Part shown: piece by piece, positions 14,500 through 26,800 of the stretch
How the letters are laid out: each line of letters opens with the position of its first letter
How positions within the stretch are numbered: position 1 is the stretch's first letter
Source: Eukaryota sp. GEM-RC1
Lineage: Eukaryota
Length of the DNA stretch: 64,000 nt
Reading direction: 5' to 3'
NCBI GenBank assembly: GCA_040285855.1
Contig: JAUFOQ010000005.1
Span: 1,054,001-1,118,000 of the forward strand
Program-made: the position numbers and the translations under genes
The notes under the pieces: generated by a model
Told to the model about the DNA's origin: nothing
Database searches by the model: none
What the model saw: the letters and a program-made list of their open reading frames with translations, nothing else

Positions 14500-15773
14500 C
14501 AACATACATGGCCTCCCCTCACTGCGGCCATCCCAACTTAACCCCTAGCAACAAAGCTCTGGAATCCTCAGACTATTGGTGGCCTGGAAGCCAAAGGCGA
14601 CCTAGTGAATCACTTAGAAAACTGTCCTTCATGTCAGAAGAAAGCCCCAGTCCCTAAATCTCGTGCATCTGTTTCCTCAACCGGCCGCTTAATCGCCAAT
14701 CGTCCTTTCGAGAGTTTACATGTGGACAGTATTGGTCCACTGCCTAAGGATAAACAAGGCAACATGTACGTAGTCGTCTTTGTCGACTCCTTTTCTATAT
14801 TCACGGTTTTAGTTCCCTTAGGTAAATTGAACGCTACTGAAGTAGCCTGTGCCCTACTGGAAAAAGTATGCTCAATATTTGGTGTTACAGCAGCCATACA
14901 CTCCGATAATGGCCCTGAGTACGCCAACCATATCTTTGAAGAACTGTGCGACTTCTTGAATCTTTCAATTACCACCTCAATCCCCCACTTCAACCAATCT
15001 ACCGGTGTAGCTGAACGCAGAAACCGCGATGTCCTTTTTACTTTACGAAAATTGCTCGCAGATTTTAATGACTACGACAACTGGTCCGGCTACTTGTCGA
15101 TGACACAACTTCTCATTAACTGCCAAAATGCGGCCGAACGGGTTTTACTCCGTTCGAAATGTTTTTTGGGACCGAATCGACCATGAATCCACGAAGCCCT
15201 TTCAGTGAAATTTTAGACAAGCTGACAAACTCGCAAATCCCTGAAGGTTCATGCTTAAGAACTGTGGAAAGTGTCTCTGCCTCCCTCATTGAAAAGTGGG
15301 AGAATACAGAGAATATCTAATCATCCGATTTTACCGCAGAGTGCAGATGCCGTTCACCAGTACAAAGAAGGTAACTACGTTCTCCGTATATTCGACCGTT
15401 CGGCCAAATTGCACAGCCCCTGGAAAGGACCTTACCTTAATACCAAAGTCTATTCAAATCGAAATCACGTTAAAGACCTTAACCTTTTAACGGGTGCAGA
15501 GACACTTGCTTCCATACTGTCCTAGAAAATTTCATCCCTCAATCCACTTACCCCGATTATCTTGCTGCTATCGCTGCTCAAGATCGTGCTGAACATTTAG
15601 TTCAAGAGGTCCAGAAGATTGACACTCAACGTCAACGGGCGCTCGACCAGTGGATCGGTGTTTCCGAAACCACCTGGGAACCTCTTGAAGAGATCCGCAA
15701 GACTAACGCCAACTCTGAGTTCATCAAGAATCAGAAGTCCCCTAAACGTTCATCTCCCCGAAAGAAGTACTAG
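14500..15773 (+). pseudogene. gypsy integrase (HHCC, DDE core, GPY) with C-terminal chromodomain
   Basis: HCGH...CPSCQ; DSIGPLP; HSDNG; WKGPY; tail EHLVQEVQKIDTQRQRALDQWIGVSETTWEPLEEI, ending at TAG 15771-15773. Confidence 0.85.
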
Positions 15774-15820
15774 TTTTTATTTCCTTAAAATTCTAAATTT
15801 TAACTTTATTTAAAACACTG

Positions 15821-15948
15821 AAAAGAAGAGAGAAGACCAGTGTTGATTTATAGGCTGTATTTATATTTAGAATTAACTTTTACCTTCCGCATAAACTCTA
15901 TGTTAACAAAACATCTTAATACTAGTTCCAACAGAGGTAAAGTCAACA
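15821..15948 (+). repeat. Polypurine tract and putative 3' LTR (108 bp, 15841-15948)
   Basis: AAAAGAAGAGAGAAGA followed 4 nt later by TGTTGA...TCAACA inverted termini, just after the integrase stop. Confidence 0.65.
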
Positions 15949-16214
15949 CGATGACGGATTTCTAGCTTTAGTTCAGCTTTATGAAACAGTCATGTGGCTG
16001 TCACAGTTTCATGGTAAGATTTTTGGAAATAAGGTCCAGATACTTGTTAGTTTACCTGACTTCTTGTTGTTTTTGGCTAACAGCAATGTGATATCGAAAC
16101 AATTGATAAATAAGGAACAACCTAATGTCGATGGACAACGGTTTTTCAGTTCACATGTGAGCACAATACACAGACATAGTGTGTGTAGTGTGCTCACCTC
16201 TTAGTGTTTGACTT

Positions 16215-16402
16215 CAATCATATTTATTTAATTATTACAATATCGGGCAATAAATGCACTTCCGAAACAGTCGAAAATAAATATTTTTTGTAATATTTTG
16301 AAGAGTTTATTTGCAACAATAAATTAATACATGCTGTTTCAGAAAATGATTTTGTAATATTTATTTAAATATTGCAATATAAATATTTATTAGTCCTCCC
16401 TG
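16215..16402. mobile_element. Right-end fragment of a hAT-type MITE
   Basis: AATATT/GCAATA subterminal repeats ending in TCCTCCCTG, resembling the end of 42234-42811; no partner TIR. Confidence 0.4.
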
Positions 16403-16786
16403 CGCAACACTACTGCATTGAATTGTTGCCTTTTTCCAAAATAGCGTTGACAATCAAGGGTACGCGTTGTGATTTAAGGTCCAATAGTGTAAAGGATTGG
16501 ATGAAACATCACAAGTACTGACTGAACTTCGCTATGAGATATGATACACTAACATAGTTGGGGAAGACAAATTCTGTGGAAAAGAAAAGTGCGCACTATA
16601 TCAAGGGTAGACTGTACAGAAAAAATACAGAATACAAAAAAATACTGTATTTTGTAGTTAACAACTATGAAAATAACAGTTGCTTTGTGTACTTTACAAA
16701 AAACATGTGATGAAAATGAGATCTGTAAAAGAATACTTGTAAAAGAAACGTGGACCAACACTGATAGACTGACATTTCTTTCTAGC

Positions 16787-18312
16787 CTAGACTCCATGCA
16801 ATTCACCATCCTTACAATGGCTCTTGCTGTACTCATACAAGACATTGGTGGACTTACGGTGGAACTTAAGTAACTTTCTTTGCTCTACAATAGCGTTTTC
16901 CTGACGGTGAATATCAAAGAAAAATCCAAAGGCAAAACTACAAAACAACAAGAAGACCGGAGTCGTAAACATAGAAGTTTCACTTAAACTTATATTTCCA
17001 AATGTGCCACAGTAAAAGCCGTCGGCCATTGATATTGAGAAAAACAATAATATAAATGTACAAGAGAGCAATCCTGATGCGAAACAATATTCTTGCATTT
17101 GAACGTGATTGTAAGTAGCTGAAGGTAAACGTGAACACTTTCTTAAACTGTAAGACAAATACTTACCATAAAGATACACTAAAGGAACTGAGACTAAACC
17201 AAAAGTTGGAATATAGAATTGAGCTGTGAAACTCAAAACATGGTAGTAAAAGACGTTAGCTTGACTCAGAGGTAAGTCAAACAAAGGCTTTTCAAATGAT
17301 TTACTTGAAGACCTAAACTTGTACCAAACGAAAGGAAAAATTACATCAAAAAAGAATGTTAATAGAAATAAATGGACAACAAAAAACCCGAAATGAATAT
17401 AAAAACAGCGCAAGTCAGCTAGAAAAAATACAGGAACACAAATGAAACACAACTTTAAAAAAGAAAAGGTAAGTCACTCTGCCAGAATCTCTCCCTGAAG
17501 CAGGCATTGGAGATGTAAAATAATACACCAATTTTTTCCCTATAACATTGAATAAGCAAATCATGAGCGAGCTTGCTAAGTATCTAAGATGATTATCTTG
17601 AGAAAAGATGAAGTCGTCATCCAAAAAAAGCACCTACGGGAAAAAAAAGAATAATAAACAAAGCTAGATTCAAAAAAAAGAGGCAGGTCCATTCAACTTT
17701 CGGAACACGTGAATTCTTCTTTTTAAATGCATTTGACTGTAGGTCTGATTCTAATGACTTCTGAAGTTCTTTAGAGACGAGTAATTTAGTGGATTCCACA
17801 TCCATTTTAGATGCATTAGCCCATTTGTAACTGAAAAGAGTATGAAACGTTTGCAAAGACTGTATATGACTTCCGTTAGTGATGGTATCATCTCTTTCAG
17901 CAAGTTTAGTTCTGGTTGCTATTAAGGAACACGGGAGAAGGAAGCAAGCAAGCAAGCAAAGTGCACAACTCACAAGGGGCCAAGTATTATCATCACGATC
18001 CGTTGCAAGAAGAACAACAAGAACTTCCGTGGTACTAAGGGAAGAAGATAATCCAGAGATCACACCTGGAAGTGCAAGTAGTGACACAACAAATAACGGT
18101 AGAAGACTGGTCATGAGTAGCAGAATGTGAAGAAAAAGAGGTTTAAACATGGTTCCATACAAAGGTTTAAAATCACGAATCTCTCTAGCAAGACAGGTGA
18201 ATCGACTGACAAGATCGTTATGAAAAATAGGGGAAGAATCACTTGATGTATCTGAATCGCTGGATACTATATGAGCAGAAGACGGAGCATGTGTTTGAAA
18301 GCGGTATTGCAT
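16787..18312 (-). CDS. Multi-pass membrane family, copy 2 (frameshifted)
   Basis: ORFs 17617..18312, 17415..17633 and 16787..17452; the central ~950 bp is nearly identical to copy 1. Confidence 0.8.
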
Positions 18313-18440
18313 TAATAATACACAGTTAGCTTCACTAAGTTGTAAAGATCTTTAGCTTCAAGTGTTTGGTATAAAGTCTAGGTATTGTTTGTGTGAATTA
18401 CAAAAAATTTTTTGGAAAAAAATGAATCATTCTATTAATA

Positions 18441-19048
18441 CACTTCAGGAAACATTTAGTCTCACTACAGAATTAGTCTCAGTACAAAATTAGTCTCACT
18501 GAGACTAATTTTGTCTTACTGATTTTGAAAAGTGCTCTGGTGAGACTATATTTCTCCTGCAATTTCCAAATACAACAACTTTTTTTTGAATTAAACTGTT
18601 CTTTACAGTCCATAGACATACAGTACTAACAACAAACAGCTGAAATGCATTACCTTTGTATGTTTGAATTGTATACAACTGAATCTAGATCTCATATTAT
18701 TCTATTTGTGATCAGGAATACACGTTTTCAGTAGCATTGACTTCCACCACAATTCGAAAGTCTTTTAACCGAGTTCAAATCCATGTTTAATCTGCTGTTC
18801 ATCAAGAAAAAGCGTGCTATTATAAGTTGAGAGTGACTAATTTATTGGAGCCTAGATGATGACGATCATTTGTGTGTTTGTGAGCAAATCTGAGTTATGA
18901 AGTCTATTCTAACACTTCAACAATTGTGCAAAATTAGTCTCAGTACAAAATTAGTCTCACTGAGATTTGGTGAGACTAATTTTGGGATGGCTAATAAAAA
19001 TCTCCAGTACAGAATTAGTCTCAGTGAGACTAAATGTTTCCTGAAGTG
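18441..19048. mobile_element. Tc1/mariner-type MITE (608 bp)
   Basis: Perfect 26-bp TIRs CACTTCAGGAAACATTTAGTCTCACT / AGTGAGACTAAATGTTTCCTGAAGTG, TA on both flanks, TTAGTCTCA subterminal repeats. Confidence 0.93.
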
Positions 19049-19103
19049 TAGCTGCAGCAATGAGATACATGTACTACACTCTTCACAACTATTAGTCTGA
19101 ATT

Positions 19104-19255
19104 TAGAGCTGTCAAACGGTTCGGCTCAAGCCGTAAACCGAACAACATGAGCCAAGTCATATCGAAATTTGGTTTTACTCAAATGGCTCAAGCCAAAGCC
19201 GAACCAGTTTGGATTTCTCCAAACCAAACCATTCGGCTCAAGCCGTGGCTTAGTT
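19104..19255. mobile_element. hAT-type element left-end fragment abutting the large surface-protein gene
   Basis: Starts TAGAGCTGTCAAACGG; three GGCTCAAGCC repeats; no right TIR found. Confidence 0.55.
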
Positions 19256-19259
19256 TTAA

Positions 19260-22200
19260 TGTACTGAGCATCCTGAATTTCAAAGCTGCTAGTTTGTTTT
19301 CCATTGATTCTTCCAATTCTACTTTTTCAAATTTTATTCTCTTTAATTTCCATTCGAAGAAGTCTGTAACTTCAACAGTTTCTGTTTTTTCATCAACTCT
19401 TACTGCCAATTTCTTACTTTTGGATCGAATCAGTAGTGACAACTTCATTTTCTTCAAAAATTCTAATGGATCAATTTCTGATTCAGATATTCAATTTGTC
19501 AATTCAACTGAAACTTTTATGAGGCTCTCATCTTCTTCATTCAGATTTGGAAACGTGACTACTGTGAATGCTAACGTCACGAGTATTATCACGTTAGATT
19601 CATCTGCGCTTTACTGTCATGAATTTATTATTTCAAGAGTTATCACCAATTCGGTTCTCGTTTCCAAGGATTCTATTATTGCGTTGTCTAAGTTTGCCGT
19701 TGAAACCACTATTATCAATACTGAATTTGCCGCCATAGCAAATTCTTTTTGAATTCAACTTCTCTAAGTTTTACTAATTCTCAGTTAAGTGCTCTTTTTC
19801 AAGCTTCGAATAGTATAATTGAATTTAATTATGTACAAACTTTCAACATTTCATTCTCCCAGCCAATCATTTATTACGTGTTCAATATTTCTGATTCCCA
19901 ATTTTTACTGGCAAACTTTTATGCTGACGTCATCAATGTTCCGATCATCACAGCACGTGATAGTCAGATTTCCTTGTGGAGTGTTCATATATCATTGTCA
20001 TCATCAGATATACTGTTTGACTTAATTTCTACAAGTTTTACTCTATCTAATGGTAACTTTTCCATTATTTCAAGTAGAGTTCTTTATTCCTTCAACAGTG
20101 AGGTGATTCTTCAAGATGTTAGATTAGCTAGATTAACTGACCCTTCTATTGATGAGAAATCTATTTCTGGGTATTTAAATTTATTTCATTTTATTTCATC
20201 AAATGTCACTGCTTCTGGTTTTGTTTTCAACAATCTCATAACTCATCTTTTATTTTATTCATTTAATTCAAATATGACGTTTACCAATGGTACATTTTCC
20301 AATATTGTTTTATATTGTGCATTCAACCTTAGCGATACTGTTTTCACGTCAGATAACTCACTATTTGAAGGTTTAACTCTGATTGACTCTTTTGTAGCCC
20401 TCTATAATTCTTCTTGTTCACTTCACCTTTGGACTATTCAAGACATTGAGTCATTTACACTATTTGAAGTATCTGATTCTTCTCTTTCTATTTCCCAATT
20501 ATCTGTTGATTTCTTTGAATCTGTATCTTTATTCAATATTTCTAATTCGCATGTTAATTTTGACCAAATTTCTGTTCAAACTTGTAAGGCACTTTCTACT
20601 TCTGATGAATTTGAGTCCTACTTCATAATTATTAATACTTTATTGGTATTTAATAATTTCAAATTTTCTGGTTGTTCTTACCAATTAGTTTTTAAATCAG
20701 ACTTTGAAATCACCAACTCCTCAGTCACTCTGACTAGTTCAACAGAAGTTCTATTCTTATCCTCTCTAACCGCTCAAAATTCATCAATTACATTCTCTTC
20801 TGGATATCCAATTATTTCAAAATTTGCTTCCAATTAATCGGGACTTTCTCCTTGGGAACGACCCCTTCCTAGATCTTTCTGAAATATTGTTAAATATTTC
20901 AATTTCTCCATCCAAACTCTGCTGTAATACGTCCCTTTGTCACGTCTCTGTACTATTTAAAAATGTCGGACATCTGTCAGAATTCTTGAATCTATCAGTC
21001 TCTAATATGAATCATTTTTCTCACAAATTCCGATTGAATTCTCTGGAACTCTTTTTGAGTGATATTATTTCTTTCAATCCACAGAACAATTCAATATACT
21101 TCAATTTAACTATTCCTAAAATCGTTTCATTCCATCACTTATTCATTCCTATTTGTCCTATTGAGTTTGTTAGTCTAGAACCTCCAACTAGAGGTGGATT
21201 TGTACCACTGTTTGCTTTTAATCTTGTGTTAGATCCTATTGTTATTTATCATTCAACTGCATCGATCAATCAAAGTCTTGATTATTCTTCTAATAATCAT
21301 AATAGTTCAAATATACTTTTTTGAAGGCCATGGTTGTCATGAAATGGTGATATCTAGATCCACAGATTCTTCAATAATTTCCTTTACTTACTGCTTCAAA
21401 AAGCCTTTCATTTCTTTTGTTTCTCCTTATCCATTCTTTTTGAACGGAGAGCTTTCAATCATTGGTCAGGATCTTTCAACAAGTTTCAACTTTTCATCTT
21501 TAGTTTCTGATATTTCTTCAACACGTGTGGCAAATCATTCTCATGAAGAAATTGTTCATTATATTCCTTACGTTTGTTCAGTTGAAAGTAACATTTTCAA
21601 TGTTTATGTAATAATTGGAAATCAAACCAGTAATGTTTTTCAACTTCATTTAGCAGCTCCAAGACATAACTTTTTCCCATTTGTACTTTCACCAGCTGGA
21701 AATATTTTAAGATTATTTGGGACAAATTTTGGCAAAATGTTTGACTGTTTTGGCAATTCTACTATTCAAATGTCTGGTTATGCGTCTCAATTAGAGCAAG
21801 TGACGACTGACGAACTTACTATTTCTACTGGTACAATAGCTGGTCTTAGTCAATTTATTACTGAAGTGCAATTTACTTCTGGGATTTCTCTTATTCTATC
21901 AATTCCAATCACGTCATTAGAAGCTCATAATACTTCATCAGTCTGTTTTGTCGACCAGCGCTGTGGAATATATGTTTATAGTCTAAATGGTGAGGTTTCA
22001 ATGGATGACTTCCAAATCACTCCCAGTCTTCCAAATTCTATTCAAATTTACAATTTTCAAGCATCTCCGTCTCTTGCTCACATTGAGTTTATTTCTACAT
22101 TAGCTGGATATCCTGATGATTTAGAATTATGTAGTGATGCCGGCTGTTATCCTATCTTTAACTTACCTTTTATTGTCTTACCTAATTCAATATCTCCTCG

Positions 22201-25200
22201 ATTTATTCAGTGGTTTGAGTCTAGTTTTGTTCATGAAATTTCTCTAGAAGTTGAAGGAATTCATTTCTACGAGTACTCAGCTATAGAGAGTAGTTTTATA
22301 TTTGGAGAATTAACTTCTCAATTTTTTGAAGTTCACGACAATATCGTAATTTTTGAAGTTTTAGTAATTTCTAATGGCTCCTTTGCAAGTCTAGGTATAG
22401 ATACACAAGATTCAACTTTCTACTTGAATTTAGATTTTGAAGTGGGAAATTATCTCATGATTCCCCCAATCGTACAATTTGATTCGCGAATAGAATTTCT
22501 TCTTTTACAGCCAATTTCAAATGTTTTCGTCTCTCATGGAAGACAATCTATGAAGCTAACAACAGGTTCTAATGTTCTTCAATTATTCGATGATGATTCC
22601 TTTATCACGTTACATCAATCAACTCAGTCAATGAATGTCAGTTTTATTACTGATTTGATTGCCGGTCAGTTACCGGACCATTTTGAAATTGATCTTTATC
22701 ATTTCTTTAGTATCGACTTCAATCAAATTGATTATTCTCTTGATGTTGAGTGTATTTCTAATTGTGAAATTTTAGACCAAAACTCACTACTAGGATTTCT
22801 CAATTTCAGCTTCTATAGTTCGAATCAAGGGGAGTTGGTCTTTCAATTTTTAGTTCAATAGTTAGAAACTGCTTTTTCTTTTGAGTTAATTCGTCAAATT
22901 GTGTTTCCACCTACAATTGACTTTTGCTTCATCTTTGTTGTTTTCAACAGTTGATGATGTGATTGTCAGGATTTCCATTCTTGCTCAGTGTCCTTTATTT
23001 TCTGAATTTCAAATAACCAATTCTATGGTTTTTTACGATCAAATTACTTTTGCGTTCAAAGAATTTGCGGTATTTCCGTTTTCATATACTTATGCATTTA
23101 ACATTTCTTCATTTAGATTCTCATTAGGTGAGAGCGATCTGCAATGGACTTGGAAACATGTTGGATTTAAAAATCAAATTATTGGTGATATTAAAATATT
23201 CAATACCGACTTCACAAGCTCAAATCACGTCAGTGTTTATGAACATCGTGATATTCATGCTGACTTCAGTGGACCTCTAATCTCTCAGTTTAAGTGTTTC
23301 GTTGGTGATAATTCATTTTTTGCATCAGTTTCAAATTCCACAATTATTTGCAAAAATTTAATTATTTCTACTTTTCAGGTCATTGTTCCAGTCAATGTCT
23401 ATTCCAATGATTTGTTCATCAACTCTTTTTCTGTCCAAGGAGAAGCCTTTCTTGAGGAGATGTGTTTCTTACTCGACTCTCATCATCCTCTAATTCAAAA
23501 TTCACGTTATATTACAAATATTTTGAATGATCTGGTCTTTGATGGATCTCGCTGTTGCAATGTTGACGTGTCGTTTTGCTCAGAATTTTGGAAATCTAGT
23601 CAAAATATTTCAGTCCAATTTCATACTTCTGTTGACATTTTTCACGTTGTAATCACGACAAATTCCAGTTGTGGAGATTTTGATTTTGATCTACCTTTTG
23701 AACTGATGGTCAACAATCAAAGTCTTTCCCCATCTTTTTCTTGTAAACAAATTCCCAGTGGATTTTCCTTTGCTTTGATGTGTGGAATAGATAATGTTAT
23801 TCCAGAAGTAAATGAAATTGTTTTAATTCCTCGACATGACGTGTTTCTTTTAGAGTTGGAGTTTTACGGTTATCAGTCATATACTTGTCTAACTCCTGTT
23901 GATATTAACAAAGGAATTACATCATTGGGAGAAGAAATTGAAGAAACTATTCAATTAAAGTTGGGGAATGAGACATATACTAATATTGAACAATTTAAAA
24001 ACTCAATCTCAATGACTTCTCATCTTATTACTGCACCTCATCTCTCTTATTCGTTGTATCTAATTTCAGCTAATTGTTTCCATTCTCAAGCTCCATTTAC
24101 TATTACTTTCACCCCTGGTAAAGCTGTTGAATTGGTATTTGTTCAGGAATATCTGGAAATATACTCTTATACATTTAATATTTCTTTACCAGTAATCTGT
24201 GTAGACTTTATTGGGTTTATTGTCGAATGTACTGGTAATTTATCAGTTGTATCTTCTTCCTTTAGTTTTACTAATTTTGAATTATTTCGGAATAGTTTAA
24301 CATTTTCAACTAGTTCTATATTCAGTTTCTCCCATCATCACGTTGTGTTAGAGTTCGCTGACCAATATGTTGAATTTAATTTCCAAACTATCCAATATTT
24401 TGCAGAAATCGTGGTACTAGACTCTTATGCTGTTGATGAATGTCATCATCAAATGAATTTTGACAAATCTTGTACATTGTTAAAACCGTATGTTTCTTTG
24501 ATCACGCAGTATCATTTTTCAAATTCATCTGAGAATCTCCCAATTTCAGATTGTGTCGTAGCTTCGACTGATGACCACGTCATCGTCGTTGTAGATAACG
24601 AGTTTCTTGAAATAATCAGTAATCCACTTCAATCAATGACGATAACACTTTCCTGTTTGTCTCAATCAGTGGTGCTCAGTTTAGTCGCAAATGATTGTCC
24701 TCATCCAAAGTTGAATTTTGGGCTTGGGTGTTTGTGTCCAAAGGGGATGGAATTTAATTTTCTTGGTGAGTGTATTGACTGTTCTTTAAATTATTATTCC
24801 AATTTGGACTTCAGTACGGAATGCAGATCTTGTCCTTTTCCTAGAGTTACTCTTCAAAAAGGTTCTAGTGATGTTGATCAATGTGTCTGTCCTTTAAAAA
24901 CATTAGATTCGATAGATTCGTGTTTAGCTTGTCCTCATTTAGCTGAATGTGGATATGGAAATTTGACTGGAATTGAACCTGGTTTTAGATTAAATACTGA
25001 TACTTGGGAACTCGATGAGTGTGCTTTTTGGTTCAATTGTCATGAAAATTCTTGCAGATCACGGCATGCTTATGGAGACTTGTGTCAATACTGTACTGAA
25101 GATGCTGTTTCTAGCAGGATTTACTGTATTGGGAGTGATTATTTCTTCATCAAGCTGTTATTCATAATCTTCTTAATATCCATCATAATCCTCACGGACA

Positions 25201-25868
25201 TCTCAATGGCGAAACTACTAAAATTAAAACAAAGTCATCACAATATTCTTCTTTTGTCAACTTCAAAACTTAACAGATTTCATGTTATTAAAACACTATC
25301 TCAATTCATTAACTTTCTGTTCACAGCTTTAATTTCAATTTCTTTTGTCACAACCAAATCATCAAGCTCCACAATTATATTTTTTGAATTTATTCTTTCA
25401 GTGTTTAAATTTGACCTTATGAATTACTTCATTTCTGTTAGCTCATTCATTATACTTGCATTTTTGTCAGCTCATGGTTTATTTAGAAAATTGAAACAAT
25501 TCAAATTTTATCACAGTGCATTCTTGACAACTTCTGCTCTAATTTCAATTAATTTCATCTTTGGAACTCTTCATCAACACTTTCTTGTTTCTCATCAATC
25601 GTTTAATGATTTTATCACTGCAACGGTTCACTCTTTATATGTTGTTCTCGTGTTATTTCTTCAACGAACAACTTGTCATTTTGTTCCACTGATTGTTTAT
25701 AGTCTAATGATCACGTCTTCTTTTCTCGCTTTGACATTACATTTAATTATTCAAACAATTTTAATATTATTTTTGAGTACCAACGCTGCCTTTGTTGACC
25801 GTTACGTTTATGCATTTATAGCATTTCTTAATGTCTTCTTTGTATTCAATGTGGCAAAGTTGTCTTAG
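19260..25868 (+). CDS. Large (>2000 aa) surface/membrane protein: Ser/Phe/Asn-rich beta repeats, IPT/TIG-like segments, Cys-rich ephrin-receptor-like repeats, C-terminal multi-TM region; 5' truncated, possibly a pseudogene
   Basis: Collinear ORFs 19147..19752, 19749..20837, 20824..21324, 21239..22861 and 22899..25868; CPKGMEF..CIDCSLNYYS..CRSCPFPRVT; hydrophobic C-terminus. Breaks at T/A runs plus one in-frame TAG (22859-22861). Confidence 0.75.
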
Positions 25869-25949
25869 ATTTTTGTTATAAACCTGCATTCAAAATTGAA
25901 CAAAAAATGGTTTATTTGCAAACAATTACTTAACGCAATTTTTTAAATT

Positions 25950-26800
25950 CAGAAACTGTTAGAAGTTACATTCTACACATCAACACGGGAGTTTTCCTTA
26001 TTCAACATAGAATAGATGGAATGAATCTTAAAGCGAATTAATTACCCATAAGACAATTAATGCCAAAAGAACCAATAGAAGCCATCCAATTAGAACGATA
26101 AAAACGATCTATATCATAAGAATTTTTTAAATATGGTGGACCAATATTACCAAAATTGGAAGTTCAAAAGTAATAAAAGAAAACACCGAATACATAATTA
26201 GATTCATTTAAACGCGTTTTTTCTAGAGCTTTGCAAATGTGTCACATGTATAATCAACCACAATTTGGCAAGGTCCCAGAAAAGGAGCAATTAGTTCACC
26301 GTGCTGAGTCATCCACACTGTTGTTGTCCCTACAATCTTTCAGAAGAGGTTCAATTTTCCAACTATAAATATAGGATTTGAACTTTTCACAGATCAATTG
26401 ATAGATCATGAACAGTAAGTAGAACAGATCGACGTTGTAAATAGTTGATGCAATCAAAGAACACTACAAAACCACAGTAAATATTTGTGAGTTTCTGTTG
26501 TAATTTTTTCAGACAGAACTGAAGATTAGTCAAACATCTTTCAGGTATTTCAGACACAGATTCTGGGAAACATTGAGACCAAACGTCAAAAGGTAATTTT
26601 ATTAACGCTTCGTTTAAGTAAAATAAATATTTATATGAATTGGGGTTAATAAGTGAAGTATCATTAGGAAATCGATTAACAAATTCAAAAATGAAATTTT
26701 TTCCACCGCCTAAAAAAAGCAGATGTGCAAAGAATTGAAGATTTGGTAAAACCAATACCACCAAAATGAGCAGAAGAAAACAAAGACTTGCACGTTGTCG
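25950..26800 (-). mobile_element. CRE-like non-LTR retrotransposon 3' fragment (internally deleted)
   Basis: Minus strand reads SAHFGGIGFTKSS..AFLGGGKNFIFEF, matching FGGIG..GAFLGCLKNLLYEF of 6880-9666; later APFLGPCQIVVDYT matches GPWLSCQEICYxFT. Confidence 0.65.

Larger units (their letters stand above)
4171..15948 (+). mobile_element. Degenerate Ty3/gypsy LTR retrotransposon with chromodomain integrase, interrupted by nested elements
   Basis: gag-like ORF 4171..4929; RT 11645-12700 (SPIVLV, LDLLRAFWQ, FGLKNVPAVFQ, YLDDII); RNase H 12700-13150 (TDVSEY, QKELYAI, ADLLSR); integrase 14500-15190 (HCGH..CPSCQ, HVDSIGPLP, IHSDNGPEY, AERRNR); chromodomain-like tail; PPT and putative 3' LTR. No clear 5' LTR or protease was seen, so the gag and pol parts may come from different copies. 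Confidence 0.85.

Noticed and set aside
18456..18520. CRISPR-like or iteron-like short repeats (also 9711-9790, 11076-11190, 46915-47160)
   Set aside because: Irregular spacing and mixed orientation next to TIRs indicate transposon subterminal repeats.
22859..22861. Stop-codon reassignment (TAG as sense), also at 4927
   Set aside because: Intact genes end in TAG (29411, 52389, 58049) and TAA; the in-frame stops occur in decayed sequences.
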